DNA of 60,743 nt, counting the filler, from Nemertoderma westbladi (Eukaryota; Animalia; Xenacoelomorpha): assembly GCA_032718475.1 (NCBI GenBank). It is 3 parts of 3 records of this genome, joined end to end, with 100 filler letters (N's around TTAATTAATTAA, not from the genome) between each part and the next. Parts side by side here need not be neighbours in the genome. Positions count along the whole stretch, not along the records: positions 50,832 to 60,743 come from JAUCBJ010000734.1; 2 more parts are not named here. One strand, written 5' to 3'. Below the pieces are notes generated by a model. The model was given only the letters and a program-made list of their open reading frames with translations, searched no databases and was not told the origin of the DNA. Shown here piece by piece: positions 59,401-60,743 of the stretch (positions are counted from its first letter, which is position 1; the number at the start of each line of letters is the position of its first letter). The translations under genes and the position numbers were made by a program.

Positions 59401-60743
59401 TGCGTTTATTCGAGTGTATGTCGTGGGGGACGGGGGGGCGTTTATTCGAGTGTATATCGTGGGGGGCGGGGGGTGTTTATTCGAGTGTATATCGTGGGGG
59501 ACGGGGTGCGTTTATTCGAGTGTATGTCGTGGGGGACGGGGGGCGTTTATTCGAGTGTATATCGTGGGGGGCGGGGGGCGTTTATTCGAGTGTATGTCGT
59601 GGGGGACGGGGTGCGTTTATTCGAGTGTATGTCGTGGGGGACGGGGGACGTTTATTCGAGTGTATGTCGTGGGGGACGGGGGGCGTTTATTCGAGTGTAT
59701 GTCGTGGGGGACGGGGGACGTTTATTCGAGTGTATGTCGTGGGGGACGGGGGGCGTTTATTCGAGTGTATGTCGTGGGGGACGGGGGGCGTTTATTCGAG
59801 TGTATATCGTGGGGGGCGGGGGGCGTTTATTCGAGTGTATGTCGTGGGGGACGGGGTGCGTTTATTCGAGTGTATGTCGTGGGGGACGGGGGGACGTTTA
59901 TTCGAGTGTATGTCGTGGGGGACGGGGGGCGTTTATTCGAGTGTATGTCGTGGGGGACGGGGTGCGTTTATTCGAGTGTATGTCGTGGGGGACGGGGGGC
60001 GTTTATTCGAGTGTATATCGTGGGGGGCGGGGGGTGTTTATTCGAGTGTATATCGTGGGGGACGGGGTGCGTTTATTCGAGTGTATGTCGTGGGGGACGG
60101 GGGGCGTTTATTCGAGTGTATGTCGTGGGGGACGGGGGGCGTTTATTCGAGTGTATGTCGTGGGGGACGGGGTGCGTTTATTCGAGTGTATGTCGTGGGG
60201 GACGGGGAGCGTTTATTCGAGTGTATATCGTGGGGGGCGGGGGCGTTTATTCGAGTGTATGTCGTGGGGGACGGGGTGCGTTTATTCGAGTGTATGTCGT
60301 GGGGGACGGGGTGCGTTTATTCGAGTGTATGTCGTGGGGGACGGGGGGCGTTTATTCGAGTGTATGTCGTGGGGGACGGGGTGCGTTTATTCGAGTGTAT
60401 GTCGTGGGGGACGGGGGGCGTTTATTCGAGTGTATATCGTGGGGGCGGGGGTGTTTATTCGAGTGTATATCGTGGGGGACGGGGTGCGTTTATTCGAGTG
60501 TATATCGTGGGGGACGGGGTGCGTTTATTCGAGTGTATGTCGTGGGGGACGGGGGGCGTTTATTCGAGTGTATGTCGTGGGGGACGGGGTGCGTTTATTC
60601 GTGTGTATGTCGTGGGGGACGGGGGGCGTTTATTCGAGTGTATATCGTGGGGGGCGGGGGGTGTTTATTCGAGTGTATGTCGTGGGGGACGGGGTGCGTT
60701 TATGTCGAGTGTGATGTCGTGGTGGACGGGGGGCGTTTATTCG
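56425..60743. repeat. 35-bp G-rich satellite GTTTATTCGAGTGTAT(G/A)TCGTGGGGG(A/G)CGGGG(G/T)GC, about 120 copies, runs off the window
   Basis: Direct reading. It generates the spurious 1399-aa ORF with a 35-aa period. Confidence 0.97.

Noticed and set aside
56515-60714. 1399-aa ORF
   Set aside because: Translation of a stop-free 35-bp satellite; it starts inside the array and its indels switch frames freely.
56425-60743. CRISPR-like 35-bp repeats
   Set aside because: No unique spacers, no cas genes, and a eukaryotic context.

Overview
AT-rich, repeat-dense eukaryotic genomic DNA, probably from an invertebrate bilaterian (inferred from spliceosomal introns, BEL/Pao and RTE elements, and CTCF- and RFX-like motifs). 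There are two artificial 100-bp gap linkers (21837-21936, 50732-50831). Host genes: a two-exon PDIA3/ERp57-type protein disulfide isomerase (minus, 6090-7706, ends KDEL); a three-exon, 3'-partial C8orf74/CLAMP-like ciliary gene (minus, 2214-3761) with an RFX X-box just upstream; and one orphan Cys-rich exon (49661-49815). The centrepiece is a recent BEL/Pao LTR retrotransposon (minus, 22261-34983, 5-bp TSD GTAAT, LTRs about 99% identical). It has non-canonical TA...TA ends and no tRNA-type (TGG) primer-binding site. Instead, the 11 nt abutting its 5' LTR are perfectly complementary to a site inside the LTR, suggesting Tf1-style self-priming. Its leader carries a TA-duplicating MITE with seven co-oriented CTCF-like sites at about 187-bp spacing, and the whole element sits inside a hAT MITE. 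Also present: a second LTR family, a foldback hAT element enclosing a BEL gag fragment, RTE and other LINE fragments, tRNA-derived SINEs, piggyBac- and Kolobok-like MITEs, and a 35-bp G-rich satellite running off the right end.
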